From positions 442 through 64,441 of the forward strand of contig PJQG01000026.1 in NCBI GenBank assembly GCA_002861595.1: 64,000 nucleotides of DNA, read 5' to 3'. Position numbers and translations under genes: made by a program. Below are positions 55,453-64,000 of this stretch, in pieces. The first letter of the stretch is position 1, and every line of letters starts with the position of its first letter. The notes below the pieces were generated by a model. The model ran no database searches. It had not been told where the DNA came from and saw only the letters and a program-made list of their open reading frames with translations. The stretch comes from Actinomycetota bacterium. Its GTDB lineage: Bacteria; Actinomycetota; Acidimicrobiia; Acidimicrobiales; GCA-2861595.

Positions 55453-56463
55453 GTGGGCGCCGAGGGGGTTCCCGTCGAGGCGGCCGGGCGGGAGCTGGTG
55501 ATCACCCACCCGGACAAGGCGTTCTTCGCCGAGCGAGGCGAGACCAAGCTCGACCTCGTGCGCTTCTATCAGGCAGTGGAGGGCCCCCTGCTGGCGGCCA
55601 TGGGTGGGCGGCCCGTGCTGTTGCAGCGCTTCCCGAACGGGGCCGGAGGCTCGTCGTTCTTCCAGAAGCGGGTCCCCGAGAACCGCCCGGACTGGCTCGA
55701 GACGACCGTCGTCAGCACGCCCAACGGCACCACGTCCGACGCCCTGGTCGCCGCCGACCTGGCCCACGTGCTGTGGGCCGTGAACATCGGGTGCCTCGGG
55801 TTCCACGTCTGGCCGACGCGAGCGGCCGACCCCGCCCACGCCGACGAGCTGCGCATCGACCTCGACCCCACGCCCGGCGTGACCTTCCCCATGGTGCAGG
55901 AGGCGGCGAGCGAAGTGCGGTCGTTGCTCGACGAGGTGGGCCTCGCCGGCCTGCCCAAGACCACCGGCAACCGGGGCATCCACGTCTACGTGCGGCTGCG
56001 GCCCCGCTGGACGTCGTACGAGGTGCGGGCGGCCGCCGTGGCCGTGGCCCGGGAGCTGGAGCGCCGGCGGCCCGACCTGCTCACCGCCGCCTGGTGGAAG
56101 GAGGAACGGGGAACGCGAGTGTTCGTGGACTTCAACCAGAACGCCCCGCACAAGACGGTCTTCGGGGCGTGGTCGGTCCGGGCGCGGCCCGGCGCCCAGG
56201 TCTCGACCCCGTTCAGGTGGGACGAGCTCGACAGCGTCGACCCCGACGCCTTGACCGTCGCCACGGTGCCGGCTCGCCTGGAGCGCCAGGGAGACCCGTG
56301 GGCGCAGGCCCGCGCCGAGTCGTTGGAGCCGTTGTTGGCTCTGCACGAACGGGACCGGGCCGCCGGCCTGCCCGACGCCCCCTGGCCACCGGTGTACCCG
56401 AAGATGCCGGGCGAGCCGCCCCGGGTGGCGCCGAGCCGGGCGCGGAAGGCCGCCGACGACTGA
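55453..56463 (+). CDS. Stand-alone LigD polymerase/primase domain (NHEJ PrimPol)
   Basis: ITHPDKAFF, LLQRFPNG, FFQKR, DELRIDLDP, KTTGNRGIHVYV, VFVDFNQN match the LigD-Pol motifs. Confidence 0.9.
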   Translation: MGAEGVPVEAAGRELVITHPDKAFFAERGETKLDLVRFYQAVEGPLLAAMGGRPVLLQRFPNGAGGSSFFQKRVPENRPDWLETTVVSTPNGTTSDALVAADLAHVLWAVNIGCLGFHVWPTRAADPAHADELRIDLDPTPGVTFPMVQEAASEVRSLLDEVGLAGLPKTTGNRGIHVYVRLRPRWTSYEVRAAAVAVARELERRRPDLLTAAWWKEERGTRVFVDFNQNAPHKTVFGAWSVRARPGAQVSTPFRWDELDSVDPDALTVATVPARLERQGDPWAQARAESLEPLLALHERDRAAGLPDAPWPPVYPKMPGEPPRVAPSRARKAADD

Positions 56464-56573
56464 GCTTCCTCGTAGCGTCGCCCGGCCCGGAGCAGGGCTT
56501 TGACGGCGAGAAGCCGCCCTGTGTGCGCACTCTTTTGCCGACAAGGCCGATCGGGGACGGGCTGGACGCGCAC

Positions 56574-56605
56574 GAAGGGCGGGGTCGCTGCTGCGACCCC
56601 GCCCT
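56574..56605. terminator. Bidirectional hairpin AAGGGCGGGGTCGC-tgct-GCGACCCCGCCCTT
   Basis: Perfect 14-bp stem read directly, between the convergent stops at 56463 (+) and 56623 (-). Confidence 0.7.
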
Positions 56606-56622
56606 TGGCTGCGAAGCGCGGC

Positions 56623-57600
56623 TCAGCCGAGGCAGCCGTTGGCCGCCCCGACCCGGGCGAGGCCGTTGCGGTCGCCGGCGCCCCAGTCGGCTGGCGTGCG
56701 GGAGGTGACCGTCGGGTACATGATCTGGGCCTGGTCGCCCGAGTGGTCGAGGCCCACCATGTGACCGAGCTCGTGCATCAGCAGGGCGCCCTGGGTGACA
56801 CCTCCGCTGAAGCCGGCCGGCACCGTCCGGTTGGCGTCGATCACCACGAAGCCACGGGTGATGCGGATGTAGCCGTTGGACGACACGGCGGCCGCTCCGC
56901 CCACGCCGGCGGCGTTGCCGGTGAGCATGTTGGTCTCTTCGTGCGTGGCCCAGGCGATGACAGTGCCGGCGCCGCTGTAGCCGTTGCCGCCGTTGCTCGG
57001 CACCTCGCCGGTGGAGCCGTCGTAGACGAAGTTGATGCCGGTGGCCTGCCCCACCCGGCGCATGGCTTCCTGCACGTCCTCGACACCGCCGGCGGGGGCC
57101 CGGCTGGCGTTGATGGAGTAGTGGACGGGCGCGCACGGGTTCCAGCGACCCGGGTTGCCGCCGTTGGGGAAGAGGAAGGCGAAAGCGCCGGCGTCGCCGC
57201 CACCGGCAGGGACGGCCTCTGGCCGGGGAGCCGGAGCGGGGACGGGAGCGGCGGCGGGGGCGCCGGAGGGAGCGGGGGCAGGTGCGCCCACGACGGAGCA
57301 GCGACGGGCCCGGCCCCGCCCCCTGCACACTCTGCGGGGCTTGGCCGCCTGGCGGGACCTGGCGGCGCGGCGCGCCCTGGTCGCACGGCGCGCCTTCGCG
57401 GCCCGGCGGGCCTTGGCCGGCGCCAGCCGGGTCTCCTCTTCAGAGAAGGTGCGTGTGGCGCGAACAGCCGAGGGGGCCGAAGCCGAGGAAGGCGGCGTGG
57501 CAACGGTCTCGTCGGCACGAGCTTGGGTGGCGGGGGTGCCGATGAGAAGGGCGCCGAAGAGGACGGCGATGCGGATCGTCTTGCTCCTGGTTGCGGTCAT
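56623..57600 (-). CDS. Secreted metzincin (matrixin/M10-like zinc protease) with Arg/Ala-rich basic tract after signal peptide
   Basis: ATG 57600. Signal IRIAVLFGALLIGTPATQARA. HELGHMVGLDH zinc motif and IMYP Met-turn. AKARRAAKARRATRARRAARSRQAAKPRR tract. Confidence 0.8.
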   Translation of the reverse strand: MTATRSKTIRIAVLFGALLIGTPATQARADETVATPPSSASAPSAVRATRTFSEEETRLAPAKARRAAKARRATRARRAARSRQAAKPRRVCRGRGRARRCSVVGAPAPAPSGAPAAAPVPAPAPRPEAVPAGGGDAGAFAFLFPNGGNPGRWNPCAPVHYSINASRAPAGGVEDVQEAMRRVGQATGINFVYDGSTGEVPSNGGNGYSGAGTVIAWATHEETNMLTGNAAGVGGAAAVSSNGYIRITRGFVVIDANRTVPAGFSGGVTQGALLMHELGHMVGLDHSGDQAQIMYPTVTSRTPADWGAGDRNGLARVGAANGCLG

Positions 57601-57629
57601 GCCAAAGGCGTCGTCGCGCCGGCATCCGG

Positions 57630-57811
57630 GTTGTATCAAGCCCGCCCCAACGTCCCATCAACACTTTCCCTTCCGGGGGTGCTGAGGCCCAGTTGGCGGA
57701 AAAAACCCCCCGATCGGGCAAGCTCCCCCAGCCATGCCACGCCGAGAAACGTGGTCAGTAAGAACCACAACCCACAGGGTTGATGGGACGTTGGGGAAAG
57801 GTTGATACGCC
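57630..57811. promoter_or_regulatory. Mirror-image upstream modules for two divergent genes: 18-bp perfect inverted cores (57645-57662 / 57779-57796), each 44 nt from its ATG
   Basis: CCCCAACGTCCCATCAAC versus GTTGATGGGACGTTGGGG read directly. The spacers also align (TTGATAC, GACGAC, TTGGC-ATG). Each module reads as three 11-nt-phased GTTG/CTTG units. Confidence 0.85.
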
Positions 57812-57840
57812 GCAGAGTCCGCAAAGACGACACGTTGGGC

Positions 57841-58647
57841 ATGATCAAGCTCCTCGCATCCGTCGCCCTGGTTTCCCTCCCCCTTTCTCTGCTGCCCGCC
57901 GGCTCAGCGTCAGCCGCGGAGTGCAACCTGTTGGGGGGGGTGATCACCAACTGCACCCGGCCCTCGTCCTCGCCCCCGCCGTCGTCGTCGTCACCGCCCC
58001 CCTCCTCCTCGCAGCCACAGCCGTCCCAGCCACAGCCGAGCAGGCCGGCCGGCACCCCCATCGCCGAGGTTCCCGGAGCCGCCGAGCGCCTGATGGAGCT
58101 GGTCAACGGTGAGCGCACCAGCCGAGGCATGGTGGCCCTGTCGATTCGCGGTGACGTCGTCGCCATCGCCGGCCCCCATTCCACCGACATGGCGAGACGG
58201 CGCACCATCTGGCACAACGACGGCTACTTCACCGAGTCGACCCGCTCGTCGCTGCGCTCGAGGGCGCGGGGCGAGAACGTGGCCATGAACTCCTCGCTGG
58301 AGGACGCCCACCGCCGGCTGATGAACAGCCCCGCCCATCGGGCCAACATCCTCAACGGTGGCTTCACCCAGGCCGGCTTCTCGGTCGTCCATGACGAGTC
58401 GGGAACGCTGTACGTCACCCAGAACTTCATGACCCCTGAGACTCCCGAGGCGGCCGCCCCGGCCAAGTCGAGCAAGGCCAAGGCCACCAAGTCCAAGGCC
58501 ACAGCCGGCAAGTCCAAGGCCACAGCCGGCAAGTCCAAGGCCAAGGCCAAGAGGGCCAAGGCCTCAAGGGCCAAGCGCTCCCGCACGCGGGTCGCCAAGG
58601 CGGGCGCTCCCCGCCGGGCCCGCACCGCACAGCGGGCCCGGCGCTAG
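57841..58647 (+). CDS. Secreted CAP/SCP (YkwD-like) domain protein with Ser/Pro linker and Lys/Ala-rich basic C-terminal tail
   Basis: ATG 57841. Signal MIKLLASVALVSLPLSLLPAGSASA. CAP motifs (NGERTSRG, HSTDMA, GENVA, NSPAHRANIL, FTQAGFSV). Tail AKSSKAKATKSKATAGKSKATAGKSKAKAKRAK... Confidence 0.85.
   Translation: MIKLLASVALVSLPLSLLPAGSASAAECNLLGGVITNCTRPSSSPPPSSSSPPPSSSQPQPSQPQPSRPAGTPIAEVPGAAERLMELVNGERTSRGMVALSIRGDVVAIAGPHSTDMARRRTIWHNDGYFTESTRSSLRSRARGENVAMNSSLEDAHRRLMNSPAHRANILNGGFTQAGFSVVHDESGTLYVTQNFMTPETPEAAAPAKSSKAKATKSKATAGKSKATAGKSKAKAKRAKASRAKRSRTRVAKAGAPRRARTAQRARR
58489..58542 (+). repeat. 21-bp tandem repeat (AAGTCCAAGGCCACAGCCGGC x2 plus partial third) encoding KSKATAG units
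   Basis: Read directly within the basic tail of the CAP protein. Confidence 0.85.
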
Positions 58648-58767
58648 CCCCGCGCTAGCCGGCGCTAGCCCGGCGCCGGCCCAACGGCCGCCTCACCCCA
58701 CGACCTCACCGCCGCCGGCCCTCGCCGGCGGTGGTGGCCGTTCTCGACCCCGGCGCCGCGGTCCAGT

Positions 58768-59766
58768 TCAACCCCTCGACAACACGGGCACGGCCAGGGC
58801 GGCCAGCGAGGTCCGGGGGCGGGCGCCGATGTGGCTGATGACCTCGGCTGCCGCCACGCTGCCCAGCCGGGCGCACCCCTCCAGGTCGGCGCCGTGGGTG
58901 AGGCCGAAGAGGAAGCCGGCGGCGTAGAGATCACCGGCCCCGGTGGTGTCCACCACCTGGTCCACGGGAGCGGCGGGCACGGCCAAGACGGCGTCGCCGC
59001 CCACCACCACCGAGCCTTCCGGTCCCCGGGTGAACGCCGCGATCTCGCACCTCCCCCGAACGGCGGCTACCGCCTCCTCGAGCGACGCAACCTCGAACAG
59101 GGACGTGGCCTCGGCATCGTTGGCGAAGAGCACGTCGACGTCGCCGTCGAGCAGAGCGAGGAACTCGTCGCGGTGGCGGTCCACGCAGAACGGGTCCGAG
59201 AGCGAGAAGGCCACCCGCCGGCCGGCGGCGTGGGCCAAGGCCATGGCCTGGCGCAGGGCCGAGATGGCGTCGGGCGGGTCCCACAGGTACCCCTCCAGGT
59301 AGGTCACCTGGGCCCGGGTGATCAGCGCCGGGTCGATGTCCTCGGCCGCCAACCGGCGCGCCGCCCCCAGGTAGGTGGTCATGGTGCGCTCGGCGTCGGG
59401 CGTGACGAGCACGAGGCAGCGGGCCGTCGCCTCTCCCTCGGTGGCGGGTGGCGTGGAGAACTCCACGCCGATGGAGCGGATGTCGTGGGTGAACACCTTG
59501 CCCATCTCGTCGTCGCGCACCTTGCCGATGAAGGCGGCCGCCCCACCGAAGGACGCCACGCCTGCGACGGTGTTGGCCGCCGACCCTCCCGAGGTCTGCA
59601 CCGCCGGGCCCATGGCGGCGTACGACGCGTCGGCCTGCTCGGCGTGGACGAGGACCATGCTGCCCTTCACCAGCCCGTGGAGGTCCAGGTCCTCGTCGCT
59701 GGCAGAGGCGATGACGTCGACGATGGCATGCCCCACGGCCACCACGTCGAGCTCGTCGCCAGGCAC
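58768..59766 (-). CDS. PfkB-family carbohydrate/nucleoside kinase, adenosine-kinase-like
   Basis: VVAVGHAIVD, TSGGSAANT, DTTGAGDLYAAGFLFG (PfkB signature 2). Confidence 0.85.
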   Translation of the reverse strand: MPGDELDVVAVGHAIVDVIASASDEDLDLHGLVKGSMVLVHAEQADASYAAMGPAVQTSGGSAANTVAGVASFGGAAAFIGKVRDDEMGKVFTHDIRSIGVEFSTPPATEGEATARCLVLVTPDAERTMTTYLGAARRLAAEDIDPALITRAQVTYLEGYLWDPPDAISALRQAMALAHAAGRRVAFSLSDPFCVDRHRDEFLALLDGDVDVLFANDAEATSLFEVASLEEAVAAVRGRCEIAAFTRGPEGSVVVGGDAVLAVPAAPVDQVVDTTGAGDLYAAGFLFGLTHGADLEGCARLGSVAAAEVISHIGARPRTSLAALAVPVLSRG

Positions 59767-59805
59767 GGTCGGCGAACCTAGCCCGCCGCGCTAGACAGAC
59801 GATCC

Positions 59806-62394
59806 TTGAGCGCGCACCGACTCCCCCGCACCGTGGAGCCCCGGCACTACGACCTCACCTTCACACTTCACGTCGACGACGCCTCCTTCGCCGGCGAGGA
59901 ACGAACCCAGGTGGTCGTGCACGAGCCAACCCCCGCGTTGGTTCTGAACGCCGTCGAGCTCGACATCCTCGACGCTGAGCTGGTGGCCGAGGACGGCAAC
60001 GTCCTCGCCGGGCGGGCTGAGCCCGACGCCGAGCACGAGCAGGTGACGATCCGCCTCGACGGCACCGCCGGCGCCGGCGCCCACACCCTCCACCTCACCT
60101 TCGCCGGGCGCTTCTCCGAGAAGCTCCAGGGCATCTACCGCAGCGAGTTCGTCGCCGACGACGGCCGGCCCGGGGCCCTCGCTGCCACCCAGTTCGAGCC
60201 GGCCGACGCCCGCCGGGCCTTCCCGTGCTGGGACGAACCCGACCTCAAGGCCACCTTCGCCGTCACGCTCATCGTCGACGAGGACCTCACCGCCATCTCC
60301 AACTCGGAGACGACCGAGGTGACCCAGCTGGGCAACGGGAAGAAGCAGGTGCGCTTCGCCCCCACCATGCGGATGTCGAGCTACCTGGTGGCCTTCGTCG
60401 TGGGCCCCCTCGAGGCCACCGATCCGGTTCGCGTCGACGACGTCCCCCTGCGGGTGGCGTGCGTGCCCGGCAAGAAGAGCCTGAGCAGCTTCTCCCTGGA
60501 GATCGGCGCCCATGCCCTGCGGTACTTCAGCCGGTACTTTGCCGTCCCCTACCCAGCCGAGAAGCTCGATCTCGTCGCCCTGCCCGACTTCGCCATGGGC
60601 GCCATGGAGAACTTGGGCGCGGTGACGTTCCGCGAGACCCTGCTGCTCGTTGATCCCCAGCGCGCAACCCGCGCCGAGCTGGAGCGGGTGGCCGACGTCG
60701 TGGCCCACGAGCTGGCCCACATGTGGTTCGGCGACCTCGTCACCATGCGGTGGTGGAACGGCATCTGGCTCAACGAGGCGTTCGCCACCTTCATGGAGCT
60801 GCTCTGCGTCGACGACTTCCGCCCCGACTGGCAGCGCTGGGTCACCTTCGCCCTCAGCCGCGGCCACGCCATGCTCGTCGACGGCCTGAGCTCCACCCGT
60901 GCCATCGAGTTCCCGGTGGAGAGCCCGGACGAGGCTGAGCAGATGTTCGACGTGCTCACGTACCAGAAGGGCGCCGGCGTGCTTCGGATGCTGGAGCGCT
61001 ACGTCGGGGCGGAGCCGTTCCGCCAGGGCATCGCCGCCTACATCGCCCAGCACAGCTACGCCAACACCGACACGACCGACCTGTGGGACGCCCTGGAGGC
61101 GGCCACCGGCGAGCCCGTGCGCGCCACCATGGACTCGTGGATCTTCCAGCCCGGCTACCCGGTGGTATCCGTGACGACGAGCGAGGACGGCAGCGGGGTG
61201 ACGCTGCGTCAGCGCCGCTTCCGCTATCTGCCCGATGACGGCGATGGCGCCGGGCCCGGCGCCGGTGCCGGCGCCAATGCCGGTTGGCAGGTGCCCGTGA
61301 TGCTGCGGGCCTCGGTGGAGGGCCGCCCGGTCCACCGGCGGGTGCTCCTCGGCCCCGACCCGGCGGAGGTCGACCTGGGCGGCGCCGCCGATTGGCTGGT
61401 CGTCAACGAGGGCGGCTGGGGCTTCTACCGGGTTCAGTACGACGACGACCTTCTCGGCCGCCTCACTGGGGCGCTGGACAACCTGGACGCCCTCGAGCGC
61501 TTCAACCTGGTGAGCGATGCCTGGGCCGCGGTCCTGGCCGGCGCCTCAACGGTGGGCGACTTCCTGCGCCTGGCCAGGGTCGTCAGTGACTCGGGCGAAC
61601 GGGACCCGAGCGTGTGGGCCGCCCTCGTCGCCGCCCTCGGCGTCGTCGATCGCGTGGTGGGCCCTGACGCCGAGCCGGCGTTCCAGGCCTTGGTCAAGGC
61701 GCTGCTGGCTCCCGTCGCTGCAGAGCTGGGGTGGACGCCAACGGCCGGCGAGAGCGAGCGCACGGGCACGCTGCGGGCCACCGTCCTTTCCGCCATGGGG
61801 GTTCTCGGCGCTGACGCCGACGTGGCGGCGACGGCTCGCGAGCTTCACGCCCGGGAGCTGGCCGAGCCGGGGTCGGTGGACGCCGACGTGGTCGCCGCCG
61901 TGGTGGCCATCGTGGCCGCGACCGGGGACGACGCCGACTACGCCACCCACCTCGAGCGCTACAAGGCGGCGGCGACGCCCCAGGAGGAGGTGAGGTACCT
62001 CTACAGCCTGGCCGCCTTCGAGGACGAAGCCCTGGTGCGGCGCACCGTCGACTTCGCCCTCGGCGGCCAGGTGCGGGCCCAGAACGCCCCCTTCCTCGTC
62101 TCCCAGCTCCTGGCCAACCGTCGGGGTGGCGCGCTGGCCTGGGCGGCGGTCAAGGAGCACTGGGACGAGCTGCTCGAGCGAATCCCTGACAAGCTCGTCG
62201 ACCGCATGCTGGAAGGCGTCACCACCTTGTCGGTGCCGGAGGTGGCGACCGACGTGCGCGCCTTCCTCGAGGCTCACCCGGCGCCGTCCCGCCAGCGCAC
62301 CGTGGAGCAGCTGCTCGAGCGCCTCGACATCGCCGTCGCCCTCCGCCGGCGAGAGGCGGCAACACTTCCCGCCACCCTCGCCGTGCTCGTCTGA
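59806..62394 (+). CDS. pepN: Aminopeptidase N (M1 family)
   Basis: GAMENLG exopeptidase motif, HELAHMWFGDLVTMRWWNGIWLNEAFA (HExxH-18-E), ERAP1-like C-terminal domain. TTG start per the ORF track. Confidence 0.95.
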   Translation: MSAHRLPRTVEPRHYDLTFTLHVDDASFAGEERTQVVVHEPTPALVLNAVELDILDAELVAEDGNVLAGRAEPDAEHEQVTIRLDGTAGAGAHTLHLTFAGRFSEKLQGIYRSEFVADDGRPGALAATQFEPADARRAFPCWDEPDLKATFAVTLIVDEDLTAISNSETTEVTQLGNGKKQVRFAPTMRMSSYLVAFVVGPLEATDPVRVDDVPLRVACVPGKKSLSSFSLEIGAHALRYFSRYFAVPYPAEKLDLVALPDFAMGAMENLGAVTFRETLLLVDPQRATRAELERVADVVAHELAHMWFGDLVTMRWWNGIWLNEAFATFMELLCVDDFRPDWQRWVTFALSRGHAMLVDGLSSTRAIEFPVESPDEAEQMFDVLTYQKGAGVLRMLERYVGAEPFRQGIAAYIAQHSYANTDTTDLWDALEAATGEPVRATMDSWIFQPGYPVVSVTTSEDGSGVTLRQRRFRYLPDDGDGAGPGAGAGANAGWQVPVMLRASVEGRPVHRRVLLGPDPAEVDLGGAADWLVVNEGGWGFYRVQYDDDLLGRLTGALDNLDALERFNLVSDAWAAVLAGASTVGDFLRLARVVSDSGERDPSVWAALVAALGVVDRVVGPDAEPAFQALVKALLAPVAAELGWTPTAGESERTGTLRATVLSAMGVLGADADVAATARELHARELAEPGSVDADVVAAVVAIVAATGDDADYATHLERYKAAATPQEEVRYLYSLAAFEDEALVRRTVDFALGGQVRAQNAPFLVSQLLANRRGGALAWAAVKEHWDELLERIPDKLVDRMLEGVTTLSVPEVATDVRAFLEAHPAPSRQRTVEQLLERLDIAVALRRREAATLPATLAVLV

Positions 62395-62398
62395 GAAG

Positions 62399-62995
62399 GT
62401 GCAGGGGGAGCGGCGGCCGCAGGTGGTGCTCGTCCGCCATGGCGAGACGGAGTGGACCAAGACCGGGCAGCACACCGGCACGACCGACATCGATCTCACC
62501 GAGACGGGACGCCGCCAGGCGGAGCGGCTGGGCACCGTTCTGAGCGGGCGCCACTTCGCGACGGTGCTGACCAGCCCGCTCCTGCGGGCAGCCGAGACAT
62601 GCCGGCTGGCCGGTCTCGCCGACGCCGCCGAGGTGCGCGACGACCTCGCCGAGTGGGACTACGGCGCCTACGAGGGCCGCACCACCCGCGACATCCGGGT
62701 CGAGCGGCCGGGCTGGTCGCTGTGGGACGACGGCGTGCCGGGTGGGGAGAGCGCGGACGACGTCGGCCAGCGGGCCGACCGCCTCATCGCCGAGCTCCGC
62801 TCCCTTGGCGGCGACGTGGCCGTGTTCTCCCATGGCCACCTGCTCCGAGTCATGGCCGCCCGCTGGGTCGGCCTCCCGCCCGGCGGTGGCAAACGCCTGG
62901 CGCTCCACACCGCCACCATCAGCGTGCTCGGCTACGAGCGGGAGACCAGGGTCCTCGTCCACTGGAACCAGGACTGCGAACCCGCACTTCGGTGA
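62399..62995 (+). CDS. Histidine phosphatase family protein (PGAM-like)
   Basis: VLVRHGETEWT (RHG motif), SPLLRAAET, FSHGHLLR. Confidence 0.85.
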   Translation: MQGERRPQVVLVRHGETEWTKTGQHTGTTDIDLTETGRRQAERLGTVLSGRHFATVLTSPLLRAAETCRLAGLADAAEVRDDLAEWDYGAYEGRTTRDIRVERPGWSLWDDGVPGGESADDVGQRADRLIAELRSLGGDVAVFSHGHLLRVMAARWVGLPPGGGKRLALHTATISVLGYERETRVLVHWNQDCEPALR

Positions 62996-63050
62996 TCCGC
63001 TCAGGCGCTGCGCTTGCACCCGAAGTCGAGCCTTCGACGCCCTCTGGCCT

Positions 63051-63728
63051 GTGTCCTCGCCCACGTGGGTATCGTCGCTGATCCGCCCTGTCGACTCGGA
63101 CGACCACGTCGCGCTTTCCCTGAAGCAGCCGCTGCGGCTCACCGGCGTTGCCGCCGTTGCCGTGCTGTGGACGACGGTCGGGGTGGGCATGGAGCGGGCC
63201 GGGCTGGATCTGACCGACGACCGCGCCATCAGCTATCTCGGCACCGACCCTCGAACCATGGCGCTGTTCCGGGGCGGGCTTCTCGTCGCAACAGTCCTCC
63301 TGGTCGGGTTCGCGCGGGCGGTCGACCAGCGGCTGGCCCGACGCACCGGGTTCTTGGTCGTCTTCCTCGTGGGGATGGCCGGTCAGGCTGTGGTGGCGAC
63401 GGTGTCGATCGCCGGCCACGGCGCGTCTCGCGTCGTCCACACGACGGCCGGCATCGTCCTCGGGCTCTCCCTGCCCCTGCTCATGTGGCGCTTCGCCGCC
63501 GGCCAGGCACCTGGCCGCTGGCGCAGGCAGAGCTACGCCCTGATGTGGTTGGAGGTGGCCGGCTGCATCGTCGGCATCGCCCTCTCACAGGCGCGGCGGG
63601 CGGCGGTCGCCGAGGTGGTGCCGGCTTGCGTGTTCCACCTCTGGATCATCGTCGTGACCGTGCGCTGGCCAGCCTGGCGGCAGGCGACGGCGGGCCCGGC
63701 GCCGGTCGTCCCGGCACGGAGCTCATGA
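63051..63728 (+). CDS. Hydrophobic membrane protein (DUF998-like?), function unknown
   Basis: Part of ORF 62742..63728 beyond the phosphatase stop. Five or six hydrophobic segments. The start (GTG 63051 or later) is not resolved. Confidence 0.45.
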   Translation: MSSPTWVSSLIRPVDSDDHVALSLKQPLRLTGVAAVAVLWTTVGVGMERAGLDLTDDRAISYLGTDPRTMALFRGGLLVATVLLVGFARAVDQRLARRTGFLVVFLVGMAGQAVVATVSIAGHGASRVVHTTAGIVLGLSLPLLMWRFAAGQAPGRWRRQSYALMWLEVAGCIVGIALSQARRAAVAEVVPACVFHLWIIVVTVRWPAWRQATAGPAPVVPARSS

Positions 63729-63841
63729 GGGCATCGGCCAGCCGCCCTCACCGCGGCCTCCGGCCTCGTCGTCGCTCTCCGCATGCACGAGACCCACCGA
63801 CCCGACGGGTCAAAGGTGAGACTGCGGAGTCGGGCTGGGGG

Positions 63842-64000
63842 TCAGAACCCGTCCATGCCGACCACGCCCTGGTTGAGCTTGAGGGCGCCCGTGGACCCGA
63901 GGAACCTGGCGTCGCCGAAGGCGAAGATGCCCCCGTCGGAGGCCACGAGGCGGTAGCCCTGGCCGGCGGCCGTGCGGCTCATGCCCACGATGGGCCGGTT
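63842..64000 (-). CDS. C-terminal end of a second protein carrying the 41-aa [12 protein letters not shown] repeat (gene runs off right edge)
   Basis: Own translation of the complement: ...[52 protein letters not shown]. Confidence 0.75.
   Translation of the reverse strand, partial: NRPIVGMSRTAAGQGYRLVASDGGIFAFGDARFLGSTGALKLNQGVVGMDGF

Noticed and set aside
58641-58670. Three copies of GCGCTAGCC (each with a TAG, spacing 11 and 10 nt) right at the end of the CAP-protein gene.
   Set aside because: It is a short tandem duplication of the stop-codon region giving back-up stops in two frames. There is no further structure or coding potential, so it is probably slippage.

Overview
High-GC actinobacterial chromosome segment. 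I saw no CRISPR array, transposase, integrase or rRNA. Coordinates come from the supplied ORF track plus my own reading of start codons. All family calls are by-eye motif recognition, and no searches were run. LEFT ~29 kb (1-29060) is an accessory-looking cell-envelope glycan locus. It holds a Wzm/Wzt ABC exporter and GDP-sugar genes (gmd, fcl, and a plant-type GDP-mannose 3,5-epimerase homolog). A DPM1/Ppm1-like GT2 is translationally coupled to an RGP/GT75-like protein, and there is a UGM-like flavoprotein and a SAM methyltransferase. A two-component system sits inside one operon. Eight polytopic GT-C-like membrane proteins are present: three are paralogs of a family I cannot name and one is an N-terminally truncated AftB-like protein. 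RIGHT ~35 kb (29057-64000) is the conserved housekeeping block ppx-DUF501-ftsB-eno, mazG-PPIase-mfd-pth-rplY-prs-glmU-tRNA-Gln, and ispE-rsmA-tatD-metG-(abrB-like)-rsmI-DUF192-ychF. Two tiny actinobacterial ribosomal protein genes (bS22, bL37) in this block are missing from the ORF track. Secreted-protein genes follow (CAP-domain proteins, a metzincin, a 41-aa tandem-repeat protein), then a stand-alone LigD polymerase, pepN and others. The best candidate for something undescribed is the glycan locus. I infer a polyprenyl-phosphate-sugar, GT-C-based decoration pathway fed by GDP-L-sugars and mutase-like enzymes. Smaller oddities: an atypical tRNA with anticodon UAA, a perfect 21-bp-arm palindrome, mirrored 62-nt upstream modules on two divergent secreted-protein genes, a C-terminally short GlmU, and a Thr-rich gene inserted into the eno-ftsB-DUF501-ppx block.
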